From Tubiluchus corallicola (Eukaryota; Animalia; Priapulida), in the NCBI GenBank assembly GCA_030141605.1, contig JAQGDQ010000412.1:124001-188000 (forward strand): DNA of 64,000 nt. The letters are read 5' to 3'. A program made the translations under genes and the position numbers. The notes below the pieces were generated by a model. The model did no database searches. It had not been told where the DNA came from and saw nothing but the letters and a program-made list of their open reading frames with translations. Of this stretch, positions 37,158-50,100 are shown in pieces (the stretch's first letter is position 1; every line of letters begins with the position of its first letter).

Positions 37158-38917
37158 GCACACACACACACACACACACATCTAAAGTTTTGTCAAAAAG
37201 GATGTTCGCACAATGTGATTATTTTTTTAATTTACTTTAATTATTGGCAGTTGTATGTGAGCATAAAAACTTTGTTGAGAACAGAAACGAACGATATGAC
37301 TAAATCACAATAGTGACATAGTCACATAGTGACATTAAATCACAGAAAAAGACTAGAATCATTAACTCACACTCTAGACGTGTGTCACTAACGAAGCACG
37401 TTCAGACTAGGGAGTTTCCTATGGCGAGTTTTCTCTCTAATAGCAAATTCGCATTGTTTAAGGAATGGCTCATTAAAGGACAAGAAAAGGCCTAGTTAAA
37501 CTCAGAAAATTTTCCCCAAAGAATTATAACGGTTAGAGGCAATCTTAAGCGTTTATCATACTCACGTTAAAAGAATTTCCTGTTTGTTTTCATTTTAAAA
37601 CTCCCGCGAGACTGTCACGGCGGCGCCATATTAGATGGCGTCACAGAACCACAACACAAATCTTTATAGTACACGTGCTCAGAACTCACTGCGACTCTGT
37701 TCGAGTGATGTCATGCCACGTGACCCGTCACATGCTGGCTTTTCAATTTGCGGACTAAATGAAACGTGCGGTTGAAATATGAGAGATTACAAAAATGGGA
37801 GTTAATGCGAAAACGTGAGTACTTCACTCGCTTAAGATTATACTTAGGTGATAGAATTTTTTATTGCGAATTTTCTGAGGCTTACTTTGGTTAGGTATTT
37901 TTTTTAACCACAGAACAACTGCTAAAATGGAATATTATATAAAAAGTATTTCTTGATCTATTGTGATGATGGCTTTTGCAAAAGGGCAATGTTACATTTT
38001 ACACAACTGCAATCTTAAGATGATTCATCTGTACAATATTTAATATAATTTATATTGATTAGTAATTAGCATTTATAAGTAATGTCTGTGTACAACAGGT
38101 CAAATAATATAACTTTAATTGATTAGGAGATCTAGCAACCGTGCATCATTATGATATCCTTTACTTCATTATCACAAAAGGCCTGTATTGTCCATTCACC
38201 AAGTGTCCAAAAGTTATGCTTGTATTATCATTTAAAATAGACAATAAAATAGACAACAGCTGCCCGTGCTAGGCCTTCTCTTATGCGGAAACCTTCCCTG
38301 CTTTTGTGATGTTCACATTTTTAAGTCCTAATTTTTATTTCATTTGCAGTTGCAGTTTCCTGTTTTACTTGATTAGTTGCAAATGGCTTCTTTGCTTATA
38401 TGACAGACTTTTATAACTAATTTAAATATCTATGGGCCACTATGGCCTTGATTTCTTTCATTTAAATCTGTGTCTACTTTTCTAACTTGTCTCACACTGA
38501 TTGCACATTGTCTTATTTACGTTGCAAATTCTTTAGCAACGATTTTTTTCATCTGATTTAATTGTTGCATTGCCACGTTTGACTTGTGTTATTTGCGTAG
38601 CCATTTTTCTTGATTGTTGATAACAGCATTGTTTGCATTTAGAACTTACAAGGTTCTGCTGAAAATCGTATGAACAATGAACAAACTTATCATTGTTCAA
38701 ATGTGTAAGAGTACAACAAAAATTATGATCCTTTCCGTGGCCTTTGTGGTAATAAGGTTCTTTCTGTTAAACTAAAATTCCATAATTATGAGCCATAGAA
38801 TTTTCATTTCATGGTGACACATCAAAACTGGTCAAACATATAAATGAGTGCAAGCTGGAAACAATCAAGTGTTTGCTGTGACGTTTACTAAATGATGTAA
38901 AGGTACTGAAGACTGAA

Positions 38918-40453
38918 ATGCGACTGCGAGAGCAGATTGGTAATTGGGCGGAAAATGCATCACTGCATGGCGTGGGAAACATTTCCAGATCGCAACATTT
39001 GGCCAAAAAGATCTTTTGGGTTATCCTTTTTCTTGCCGTTTTAACTGGAGCTGTTATACAAGTAACTGACAGGACGATTTTATACTTTTCCCGGCCTATA
39101 AAGTCTGTGACCAAAGTGCAATACAAGGGAGATTTCGAGTTTCCGACACTGACCATCTGCATGGGATATCCATTGCAACTACGAGGCGTTTTATCACTGC
39201 TGACAAGTAAGTCTGACGATGCCAAGCAATTTGAATCTATGCTGAGCAAAGGAGGAGGAGTGCATGAAGCTTTAGTATCGGCATCTGATCACAACTTTCC
39301 TGTGTTTTATAACACTTCGAACTTTTTTTGCAATATGCACCTTGTAGAGTACAATAATAAACCTTGTGCCTTTTACGTGTCAAGCGTAAGTCCATCTAGT
39401 AACACGCGAGCAGGACTTTGCATTGATGTAGAGCTTGAGTTGCCAGGAAAAGCAAACGAGAGAGAATGGTACGTGTATTCATTGAACAAGGAGACAACAG
39501 TTGGATTACGCATAAAAATGAAAACAAGTATTCTTGATAGTTTGTCGTTAAACTGGAATGGCAATGTACACGCATCAATACATCAAAAAAACTGCAAAGC
39601 CCAACAGTTTTGGCCAATAAAAGCAAATTCGTTAACCCGATTTGAAGCTCAGAACTACTCGTTAAGTCGCATTTCACGGGACGAGAGTTACTGTGACGAC
39701 GGAACTGCATATAACCGTTTATTGTGCATGGAGGACTGTTATTGCGAAGTAGTCATTGACATATGCAACTGCATTGACTCGTCAAGATGCATTAGATCGC
39801 GAAAGTCAATTGATCACGAAAACTGTAGAATGGATTACAACTGCTTTGCAGAAAACAGACTTGACATATTAGAAAAATGTGACCGGGGCTGCCCACCAAG
39901 TTGCCACCAGATCATTTTCAGCATAACAAGCACCTCTGTAGAAGATGGTTTGACGTTTGCCCCACAAAAACTGTGGAAAGCAACACTGGCAGGATACATC
40001 GCAGAGGAGGTCGTTTCCAAACGCAGATCAGGATCAGAAGTAATTTCGGCACTTGAACAGCTGATAGATTGCAACTGGTGGGCAACCATATATGACGTGT
40101 GGAACGAGCGTTCAGACGGAAATGGAACACCGACAATTGACGATCTGGTGGGTGGATTGCCACTGGATGATTCCATATTAAATCACACAGCATACAAAGA
40201 TTTTCTGCACCTTTTAGATTTATCAGCCTGGACAGATATAGAAGTTTTCCTAAAGGACATTTCTTATAATGAAGTCACAGAAGTTTATGCTTATGAGTTT
40301 ATAGACCTCGCTGCTGACGTTGGAGGACTTTTGGGTCTCTACCTTGGTTTGTCTGTATTATCAATTGCTGAAGTGCTGGAATTGCTGGGAGGTTTATGTG
40401 CAACTGTTTGCAGTAAATTTTCAAAGAAAAATGAAGTTGTTCCAATGAAGTAA
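38918..40453 (+). CDS. DEG/ENaC/ASIC-family ion channel subunit, single-exon ORF of 511 aa
   Basis: N-terminal SLHG gating motif, TM1, FPTLTIC, Cys-rich thumb ending CPPSC, and TM2 DVGGLLGLYLGLSVLSIAE with a G-x-S filter. Confidence 0.93.
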   Translation: MRLREQIGNWAENASLHGVGNISRSQHLAKKIFWVILFLAVLTGAVIQVTDRTILYFSRPIKSVTKVQYKGDFEFPTLTICMGYPLQLRGVLSLLTSKSDDAKQFESMLSKGGGVHEALVSASDHNFPVFYNTSNFFCNMHLVEYNNKPCAFYVSSVSPSSNTRAGLCIDVELELPGKANEREWYVYSLNKETTVGLRIKMKTSILDSLSLNWNGNVHASIHQKNCKAQQFWPIKANSLTRFEAQNYSLSRISRDESYCDDGTAYNRLLCMEDCYCEVVIDICNCIDSSRCIRSRKSIDHENCRMDYNCFAENRLDILEKCDRGCPPSCHQIIFSITSTSVEDGLTFAPQKLWKATLAGYIAEEVVSKRRSGSEVISALEQLIDCNWWATIYDVWNERSDGNGTPTIDDLVGGLPLDDSILNHTAYKDFLHLLDLSAWTDIEVFLKDISYNEVTEVYAYEFIDLAADVGGLLGLYLGLSVLSIAEVLELLGGLCATVCSKFSKKNEVVPMK

Positions 40454-41929
40454 TATTTAATAACCAAAAAGAGTGTTCTGCTACTGCACCACATCAAGTG
40501 CAGCTTTTTTCTTTTTTTCAATAGAGATATAGATTGTAAGAGTAACAGCATGTAACAGCAGTGCTGTAGTCTAATGCCGTAGTCCAATGCCGTAAATTTC
40601 AATCTGAAAAATAGATCTATATAATATCATAGCACTGTGTGTTGTGTAGAAGGCCTTGTGGTAGTGCTGGTGGTGGTGCTGGTATTAATTGTGGAGGTGA
40701 TGGTGGTCAAATTAGTGGTAATAAATTCTATAGATGGAGCCACCTTGGCTACAAAATTAATTTTTTTAAAGCCAGGTTCACACTGGCTTTAATTGTTTTT
40801 TTAAAAAATGCCTTTGAAAACAATGATTAAATTAACGTGTGAGTTAACATATAGGCATGTAGGCACACACAAAAGACAAATAATTGAGTCACCACGCAAC
40901 TGTGCTACCGTCCATTTACTGTAAGACTATATGCTGCTTAACTGCGGTCTACAACTTAGGGCCTTACAATCTGCACGGGGCCTCAAGAAAATTTCAGAAT
41001 TAGTTTTGTATCTGTTATAATAATTAGATAATTATTAAGTAATATTTTAATCATGAAATAATTTGTATTGTTCACATTGCTATTAAACAATTAAACACAA
41101 GTATATTTCTAAGTTTTCTGGGAAAAACTGGTGCAATTTAAAAAGAATTTTCGTGACTTTTCGTAAGTACATCGTATTTCGTATGAACTAATTCAAACTT
41201 CTGCAGCTTACCTAATGTTCACGCAAAATTATTACAAAATTAGCCATCTAATTTTTTTTGTAAAAACTTATAGTTTTGGTGAAGATTGACTGTAAGATAG
41301 TTTTTTCAAGATGAATGACGTCATTGGTGGAAGAATGGGCATGGAAAAGGGGAGCACGCAGGCATGAAGTGATCGGGACTTTAAAGTGATTTTACTAATA
41401 GACGTTTGTTGCAGTTTTATTACTATGTCCTCCTAAAATTTTTGCAAACATAGAAATAAGCCCAACTTTCCGTAAGTAGCCTTTCCTTTAACTCACAATC
41501 ATTCAATTTTGGTTCTGCAAATATTTTGACGGAAAAAGAGTTTGGGGAATTTTCCCGCTCAACTTTCCGCATAATGCAAGTAGCCTATAAATATAGAGGC
41601 TTCCACCAATGACGTCATTTTTGTTGAAACAAAAACTAGCGCACTCTCAATCTTCACCAGAAGTATAATTTTTTATCTTGAAGTATTTTTTTGAAGTATA
41701 TATATATATATACTGATTATATTATTAAACATTATAACCTGGCCTTACTATTTATTTTAGTAACTACATAAGCCTGTAAATTTCGATATACATACAGCTG
41801 ATCTGGAAAGAGACGGTAAAGTATTTGGGTTGTGATATTTTGACAAGTGATAGTTTTCTACGGATGTTTCAAGGGTAAAAAGGAAATTTAATGGTTCCAT
41901 GAATAATGTTCTCTCAAGTATGGGCTATA

Positions 41930-42381
41930 ATCGTAATGTCATAGTAGCCAAGACTCTGATCAATACATATTGTCTACCAATTTTGTTATACGGCTGCAAA
42001 ATTGGGGGTATCAAACAACGAAGTTAATGCCATTAGGTGAAAGTGGAAAACTTATAGAAAATATTCGGTTTTAGACAAAGTGAAAGCGTGAAATTGTTAA
42101 TGTATTTTTGTGGCACAATGCCTGCGAATTATTTAATAGATAGTCGAAAGTGAGAAAAATTGCAAAGTCTTGCACATTGAGAATTCCAAAGCTATGCTAC
42201 TATGTAAATAACAGCCAAGTAAATTTAATATTTAAATATGGTTGTACTGTAGATCTAAACGAAAATGTAAAATTAAAGGTTAAGAACTCATTTAAAGATT
42301 GTTTTAAGATACCAATTATAGCTTCTTATAACACTGTATATTGAAATATAATTATAACTCATAACAATAATAATAATAATG

Positions 42382-42470
<89 letters not shown>
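41930..42470 (+). mobile_element. 3' LINE remnant with (AAT)n tail
   Basis: Translates LINTYCLPILLYGC...YRKIFG...SVKLLMYFCG, resembling a post-RT region; (AAT)n at 42360-42470. Confidence 0.6.
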
Positions 42471-42471
<1 letters not shown>

Positions 42472-42969
42472 TAAATACTATATATTATTCTAATATATAT
42501 ATATATTAGATATGCAATATGTATAACTATATATATATATATATTATGCAATATATTATTATGATTATTATTATTATTACTATTATGAGTTAATATATAT
42601 ATTACAGGCCTATATAGTGACGTAAATAAATGGTAAGCCCAGGTTATAATGTTTAATAATACAATCAATAATGTACGAAGACTCAATGAGTCAAATTCTG
42701 TTTGCAAATTTGAAAAGAAAACATTCGCTGATGCCTGAATTTTTAGCTGAAAATAGAGCAACAAAACTATGTTTCTGTGTCACGCCTTATTTCTGCGTCT
42801 AAACTCTCACTGCTTGTCATTGAAATTTACGGTTTTCCATTCCGCTTGTTGATCTGTTTTAGCTGGAGGCGACGATAGCGTAGTTATCGTGCATCCAAGG
42901 TTGCTATGCTGCTTATTGGTTGCACGGCATTAGTAAAAGTGTTAGTAAAGTGACAGATCGATATGTAGA

Positions 42970-43989
42970 ATGTTTCAACGTTTTGAAGTCAGAATGTATC
43001 TGAAGAGTGTTACAGTTTTTGCAACAAGAGTAGCATTTGCGATAGTGATAATATTCTGTTGCGTTTTTCTTGCTAAAACTTACTGGTTGTCTGTGAAACG
43101 TCTCCCTCAAGAGCTAAATGTATTCGCCGAAAAGGCTTGGACGAAAAGTATTACGAATTCTACCGTGACTGTGCAGAGAGAGTATGTGGAGTATAAAAGT
43201 GAAAGAACTGATTGTGCACCTGGTACTCGGCGCCGACTACCCCAGTGTATTATAATCGGATTTCGAAAATGTGGGACTTTAGCCCTGTTGAGCATGTTGA
43301 AACTGCATCCTCGCATAGCTGTTCGAGATTGGTTTCCGATAGAGGTGCATTATTTTAACTACAAAAATCGTAAAGGTTTGAAATGGTACAAGGACGCCAT
43401 GCCATGTTCGACGAGCAACCAAATTACCATAGAAAAAAGTCCAACGTATGTTTTCAGCCCAAGAGTTCCAGAAAGAATAAAAACGCTGCTCCCCGGTGCT
43501 AAAATTCTTGTTGTAGTTCGAGAGCCTTTTCAAAGAACTGTTTCGGCTTTCCTAGCATTCGGAAAACGGAAAAACCAAACGTTTGAGCAGTATATAAATT
43601 CCCGTGGGTCTCCTAATCCCTTACAGGAAGGAAAATATGTGACTTATATTGAAAAGTGGTTGAAAGTTTTTCCTAAAAAGCAATTTCACATTGTATCAGG
43701 AGACGAGTTAGTCGAGAACCCAATAAGTGAACTAAGAAAAGTTGAAACTTTTCTGAACTTGGATCATTTGATACCTGAAGATGCATTTGTCTACAGAAAT
43801 GATAAAGGATTTTATTGTTTCCATGAAAGGACCGAAAAAACGTTTAGTAAAGAAGTCACTTGTTTGGGGAAGAGTAAAGGAAGAAAACATCCGGAAGTGC
43901 CAGAAGACCTGGAAAAACGACTAAAACAAATTTTTCAGCCGTATAATGAACAGTTGTACAAAATAGCAAACCGATCATTTCATTGGTAA
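42970..43989 (+). CDS. Heparan sulfate glucosamine 3-O-sulfotransferase-like, type II membrane, single exon (339 aa)
   Basis: N-terminal TM; LPQCIIIGFRKCGT (5'-PSB), EVHYF, EKSPTY, REPFQRTVS (3'-PB), KGFYC...CLGKSKGRKHP, terminal FHW. Confidence 0.93.
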   Translation: MFQRFEVRMYLKSVTVFATRVAFAIVIIFCCVFLAKTYWLSVKRLPQELNVFAEKAWTKSITNSTVTVQREYVEYKSERTDCAPGTRRRLPQCIIIGFRKCGTLALLSMLKLHPRIAVRDWFPIEVHYFNYKNRKGLKWYKDAMPCSTSNQITIEKSPTYVFSPRVPERIKTLLPGAKILVVVREPFQRTVSAFLAFGKRKNQTFEQYINSRGSPNPLQEGKYVTYIEKWLKVFPKKQFHIVSGDELVENPISELRKVETFLNLDHLIPEDAFVYRNDKGFYCFHERTEKTFSKEVTCLGKSKGRKHPEVPEDLEKRLKQIFQPYNEQLYKIANRSFHW

Positions 43990-46371
43990 CCATGGTGACT
44001 TTCTTCAGAAATTGATTTTGAATTAACCCTGCTTCCAAACCATGTGTACTCTCTTGATCAGATAGGTATAGTGTAAAATGGGCTAATGTTGCACAAAACT
44101 GGCTTTTTTCAGGTTTCTATCCATGTTTTTACAATCTTCTACGTATGACGCCTGATAAATTAATGCTTTGCTGCTAATAAATCAGAAAGTACAGAAAAGG
44201 GGACAGCCGCATAAAATGTAAAGTGGTGTGATAATTAAATTCTTTGGTACATCATTTCAAAATTAGGGTAATGTCGGAAACTTGCATGTAAAATCCGACA
44301 GTTTGGCAGAGTAACGTCGCACCTAATTAACAGCTTTGTGGGTATGCCTTTTAAAGTCTTTTAATGGAAAACCGGACGATTGTTTAGACTCAATCTCATT
44401 TTAATTTACCGTCCAAAATATACATTTCCTTGCCTATAAAAGTTAACAATTGTTCCTTATATTTGAATAATTAGCTTAGAAAGTTAATTAACGGCAATAG
44501 AACACAGCTATTGCTTACGTCAGAAACTAACCACAGTTCGGACAGTGGCAGGTATCTTCTCTTGCGCGTGAAGCACATTTGCATCAGTGTTACAGTACTG
44601 TTTAAACGCGTTATGTCACGAAAATGAGCTTTACGTCATATGACGTCAGAAACTAACACTGCAGTTCATGATCATGGTTATCACGGTACCGCCTTCTATT
44701 TGTCGATCATGCGAAAAAGGCGCCGCTGCCAATCTTAGTAGATTCACTGAGCCGTGCACAGCTTTGAAAGTTTAATCAAATTTGAGTATCCGAGGTAATT
44801 ATTATTTAATCTAAGCTTTGATTTAAAAAAAGCTATTGTAGTTTTCAATATTTTAGAGCATTTTTTATTCTGAACTAATTTCTACTCAGTCATCCCTTAA
44901 ATGGTTTGCGACATTAAGATTGATCAGTCACGACACAAGAGAGATGTTATAGGATTGCATAGGCAAGCGCGAATATTTTCTCCGTGTTGGCGTGACACAT
45001 CACATTTAATCATAACTCCACAGTTTTCCTTTCTTATTCTTTAAGTTTTTTTATATTTTTATCATTTTTATCAGCCGTTTTGATAACAGTTTTCTCCCAA
45101 TGCTTCTAAAACGATAAAGACCACATAATTTTTACAATTTAGCCAAAAACCCATCTTGTTTACATTTGCATTAGCCTAGACCTCTGGTAAAGTCCGACAC
45201 TGCTTCAATGTGTTGTATAACAAACAAACAAATATGGTGCTTTACAAAGTGTGGCAGCAAAGACGCATCAGTGAAGATGCAACTTACAAAATAAACCATT
45301 TCTGAAAAGGATGTCGTAAACAATTAATGCGTTAGCTCTGTTTATCAGCAAATTAAAAGATTAAGAATAAACGTTCTCAATGAGTGAGCATGTATGTTCA
45401 CGACCATACGGCTGTCAGAAGACGAATTGGTAGATAATGGTGAATAAGCTAGTCTAAAGATTTGATGTGCCATATAATTATAGTGAAAGGAAAAACCAAT
45501 GTCCAGGTTATTTAATGGGTTTTAGGAAAACGTAAAACTCATTGCCCGACATTAGTATCGGAAACTCATTTCCGAAGGAAACAAATTAATATTTGCTCTG
45601 TATAGCAGGTTGAATTAACTTTAATATTTAATTAGTTTATTGTCTAACTTCTGTAGATCACTTTCAAAGTCTGGACTCCAATTGTCAATCTCCTCATGCA
45701 GTCATACAGCTAATTTTTTATGCATTAACCATCTGCCTATTCATTTTACCTCAGATAATCAAAAATCGCTCTGTCATTTTTTAATGACTTCATTATACAT
45801 TCGCTTGCTTACGCGCGATTATAACACAAAACTTATTTACAATGTAATTTTTTATTCCGGTTGTTTTTTCCCGCATGAAACGCTTTTTGTTATGTAAATT
45901 ATAACTTCTGTATTCCTGTGCATAAAAAATTAACACCCAATTTAATATACTTCAATATACCAATATATAGATAAACCTGATTCTCAGTTCTATTATTTAC
46001 ATGATAATTTATTTTTGACTGCCTAAGAATTATGCTTTTGTGTTATAAAGTATATTTCAGGTGCCATTGTTCTTATGTTTCTATTGTTAGATTTTTATTT
46101 TCAGTTATTGTTTGATTTTTTTTTATTATGCACTTATTACTGCGTATGAATTGTATTAACACGTTATAAGCATATCAATTTAATATCTTTCGTAACAATT
46201 AAATTTTTATTATAAGCAGTGCTAACACTAATACACTGTAGCGTAGCGCTTATAAAAATGTTCATGACTAACCAAAGGGCAGCTGACTTGATGACCAATT
46301 GGTTTTTCGCTGCCCTTTCTTCACACTTTTGTTTCCAAATTAATTGTATTATAACTGTGCGTGTGTTGCAA

Positions 46372-46503
<132 letters not shown>

Positions 46504-47129
46504 GCACAAATAAGTGTACGAAGTACTTAAAGTAAGAATACATAATTACTTTTGTACTTTTATTGTGCAAGTATGTGTATAGGAAACCTGTCTTATCCTA
46601 TCATTAATGATATAATTGTTTAATGAATAGGCCTGGTATGAATCGACCAAAGAAAGAATATATAATTCCTTCTGTAGTTTTGTTGTGGAAGTATGTATAT
46701 AGCAGGTTTTCCCCCACATTAAGAGGTAAAGCTATCTCTAAACTCAATATGTACTAACTGCAGTTATAGGGAAGTAAAGTTTTCTCCACGTTTAGAGGTA
46801 AAGCTACCTCTAAAGTTAACAAAGACACTGTAGGTGTCAGGATAGAAATTCCCGTGATTAAATATTGAATTGTAATATGTTGTGACGTCTACTAACCTAT
46901 ATATATTTTCATTTACAGATTGTATGTTATGAAATGATAATGTAAATAAGTACAATATGGTGATACTTTAACCCATTTGTTTATTGCTTTTATTTACAAT
47001 ATATATATAGATGACATGGCAATGGACATTAAACACTAATAATACTTTTCAAGAACAAACGTCAGATAAAAACATTCAGTCTAATGCACTAAACGAAAAA
47101 TAAAACCATTTTTATCCTTATCCTGGACT

Positions 47130-47770
47130 TTCCACATTATCACGTTCCAGTCTTATTGTTCTTTTACATCAAGACTGAGTACTTTATGATTGCCACCAAA
47201 TTCCACATTATCACGTTTCAGTCTTATTGTTCTTTTACATCAAGACTGAGTACTTTATGATTGCCACCAAATTCCACATTATCACGTTCCAGTCTTATTG
47301 TTCTTTTACATCAAGACTGAGTACTTTATGATTGCCACCAAATTCCACATTATCACGTTCCAGTCTTATTGTTCTTTTACATCAAGACTGAGTACTTTAT
47401 GATTGCCACCAAATTCCACATTATCACGTTCCAGTCTTATTGTTCTTTTACATCAAGACTGAGTACTTTATGATTGCCACCAAATTCCTCATTATCACGT
47501 TCCAGTCTTATTGTTCTTTTACATCAAGACTGAGTACTTTATGATTGCCACCAAATTCCACATTATCACGTTTCAGTCTTATTGTTCTTTTACATCAAGA
47601 CTGAGTACTTTATGATTGCCACCAAATTCCACATTATCACGTTCCAGTCTTATTGTTCTTTTACATCAAGACTGAGTACTTTATGATTGCCACCAAATTC
47701 CACATTATCACGTTCCAGTCTTATTGTTCTTTTACATCAAGACTGAGTACTTTATGATTGCCACCAAATT
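47130..47770. repeat. 71-bp tandem repeat, 9 copies
   Basis: ttccacattatcacgttccagtc...gccaccaaa, near-perfect. Confidence 0.97.
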
Positions 47771-48547
47771 TCGTCTTTGAATCTATGTAGTTTGTAGCTT
47801 ATTTTTACTGACAGCAAATTTGACAAAAATTTCATATTTTACGAATACAGGCAATTCGACAAAATAATTTATACAGATAAACGCCATAACTTTTAATTTT
47901 TGTTAGTACGAAAAGTTGGACAACAAATATTTCAAAGGCGGAAGCTATAACGTTAAAATTTACGTAGTTAGAATATGTTTAACAAAAGCTAGAATTTCCG
48001 TTCAATATTTATTCACTTAAAATAACTCCAAATGTCGGCTGGCATCATTACTGTAAGATATCGAGGTTGTAAGATAAAATATTATAATTGACGCGCTGTA
48101 CAGTAAAAGAAAATTTCAACACGTTATAATCAACGTTTATGTAAATTGGGAAAACGTTATGAACCATTTTTAAATAAATAATTAGTCACTGACGCGTTCT
48201 GAAATATCGTGTTCCCCTCGACTAGGCCTTGCTACCTCAACTTGGCAACGCCACTGCTAGCCAATGCATAATATGCACAAGCAGCAAAAATGTAGTGTTT
48301 GAAAATACAGCCCTTTGCAAACAATAGGTAATGCCAATATGTAGTTTATGTTATTAGCTAGCCCTATTGAATGTCATGTAAACACGGGCTGTGCAAATTA
48401 AAATCAGAGCTGATTTTTTGTGACTGAGTTGTGCATGGTTGTAGTCATGGTGGCCTGTTACATAGCTAGAGGTGATGATCTGCTTGTTCCGAAGTAAGTC
48501 TCAAAAACTGAGTTACATAAACGTCAACTAACAAGAAATATTGCACG

Positions 48548-49944
48548 ATGTTTCAATGTTTTAGTGTTCGATCTTTATCAACAAAAGCACCAGCCGTGAT
48601 AGTGATGGTATTCTGTTGCATTTTGTTTCTTAAGACTTTGTGGTTTTAAACGGTCAAAAATGGCACGAAAAAAATTGGTGCAAGTTCATCTCAGGTTTCA
48701 GATTTTATTCCTTCTGTTAGTGTCTCTGAGAGGAATTTATAACAACTTCAAAAGTCTCAGTTGAATTTTCATGTAAACCACTGATCTTTATTTCTGCAAC
48801 ATTTAAAACAAAAAAAATAGAAAGGTAAAGGTGACTAACATTGGCTAATTTAGTTAGATTGTTAATGAATAATGAATCAATGAATAAATCAAAATCGAAA
48901 TAAAAATTAATAGAAGTAAACTTACATCGTTGCGGCATACATCTAAATGAAAAATTTCACTAGCTTGTACAAGACATGTTCACTCATTCAACAGAACAGC
49001 ATAATGCCAAACATAACTAGGTCAGTGCACACACTTTAAACTTTCTAACTAGATGGAGCCACCTTTGCTACAAAATTAAAATTTATTGTCAGGTTCACCC
49101 TGGCCTTAACACCTTCAATCATCAAGGAAGGAAGTATATGCTGAGTATAAAGGTAAGAGTGTGAGGTGCAAACTTGACACTCAGCAAAGACTACCTCAGT
49201 GTATTATAATCGGATTTCGAAAATGTGGAACCTTTGCCCTGTTGAGCATGTTGAAACTGCATCCTGAAATAGCTGTCCGAGATTGGCAACCTGTAGAGGT
49301 TGATTACTTTAACTTTCATTATGACAGAGGTTTAAAATGGTATGAAGAAGCCATGCCATGCTCAACGAGAAACCAAATTACTATAGAAAAAAGTCCAAAA
49401 TATATAATTACTGCAGGTGTGGCAGAAAAGATAAAAAAAGGATCTTCCGCGGGCCACAATTCTCGTCTTAGTTCGGGAGCCCTTTCAAAGGATCGTGTCA
49501 CTTTTCTTAGAACGTGGAAGATTGAAAAACCAAACATTTTTAGAATTTATAACTTCTGAAGCCGAACCTCATCCCGTAGATGAAGGAAAGTACGTGACTT
49601 ATATAGGAAAGTGGTTGAAGGTTTTTCCTAGAGAGCAACTTCACATTGTATTAGAAGACGAGTTAATCAAAAACCCGATAAGTGAACTGAAAAGAATTGA
49701 AACTTTTCTGAACTTGGATCATTTGATACCTGAAGATGCATTTGTATACAGAAATGATAAAGGATTTTATTGTTTCCACGAAAGGACCGAAAAAACGTTT
49801 AGTAAAGAAGTCACTTGTTTGGGGAAGAGTAAAGGAAGAAAGCGTCCGGAAGTGCCGGAAGAACTGGAGAAACGACTAAAACAAATTTTTCAATCGTATA
49901 ATGTACAGTTGTACAAAATTGCAAACCGAACATTTAGATGGTAA
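48548..49944 (+). pseudogene. Disrupted HS 3-O-sulfotransferase-like gene
   Basis: MFQCFSV...VIVMVFCCILFLKTLWF* at 48548-48649 is paralogous to the N-termini at 42970 and 53509. About 460 bp of repeat DNA is inserted, and the catalytic domain (49161-49944) has a +1 frameshift in the A-run at 49433-49439. Confidence 0.85.
48650..49105. mobile_element. Repeat insertion bounded by TTAA inside the sulfotransferase pseudogene
   Basis: 48780-49105 matches 33941-34263. TTAA at 48646-48649 and 49106-49109; the termini are only weakly inverted. Confidence 0.5.
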
Positions 49945-50049
49945 TCTACACAGCTTCAAAAGTTGGTTAGCAAGTAATCCTATTTTCTAGACACGTAGCT
50001 CTGGGCATTGTGTCAAAAACATACACACACACACACACACACACACGCA

Positions 50050-50100
<51 letters not shown>

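Noticed and set aside
38809-40602. Antisense and overlapping short ORFs over the channel, GPCR and sulfotransferase genes
   Set aside because: Shadow ORFs of real coding sequence with no motifs.
47130-47770. Regular repeats as a possible CRISPR array (also 57940-58288 and 59968-60962)
   Set aside because: Head-to-tail units with no unique spacers, no cas genes, and a eukaryotic context.
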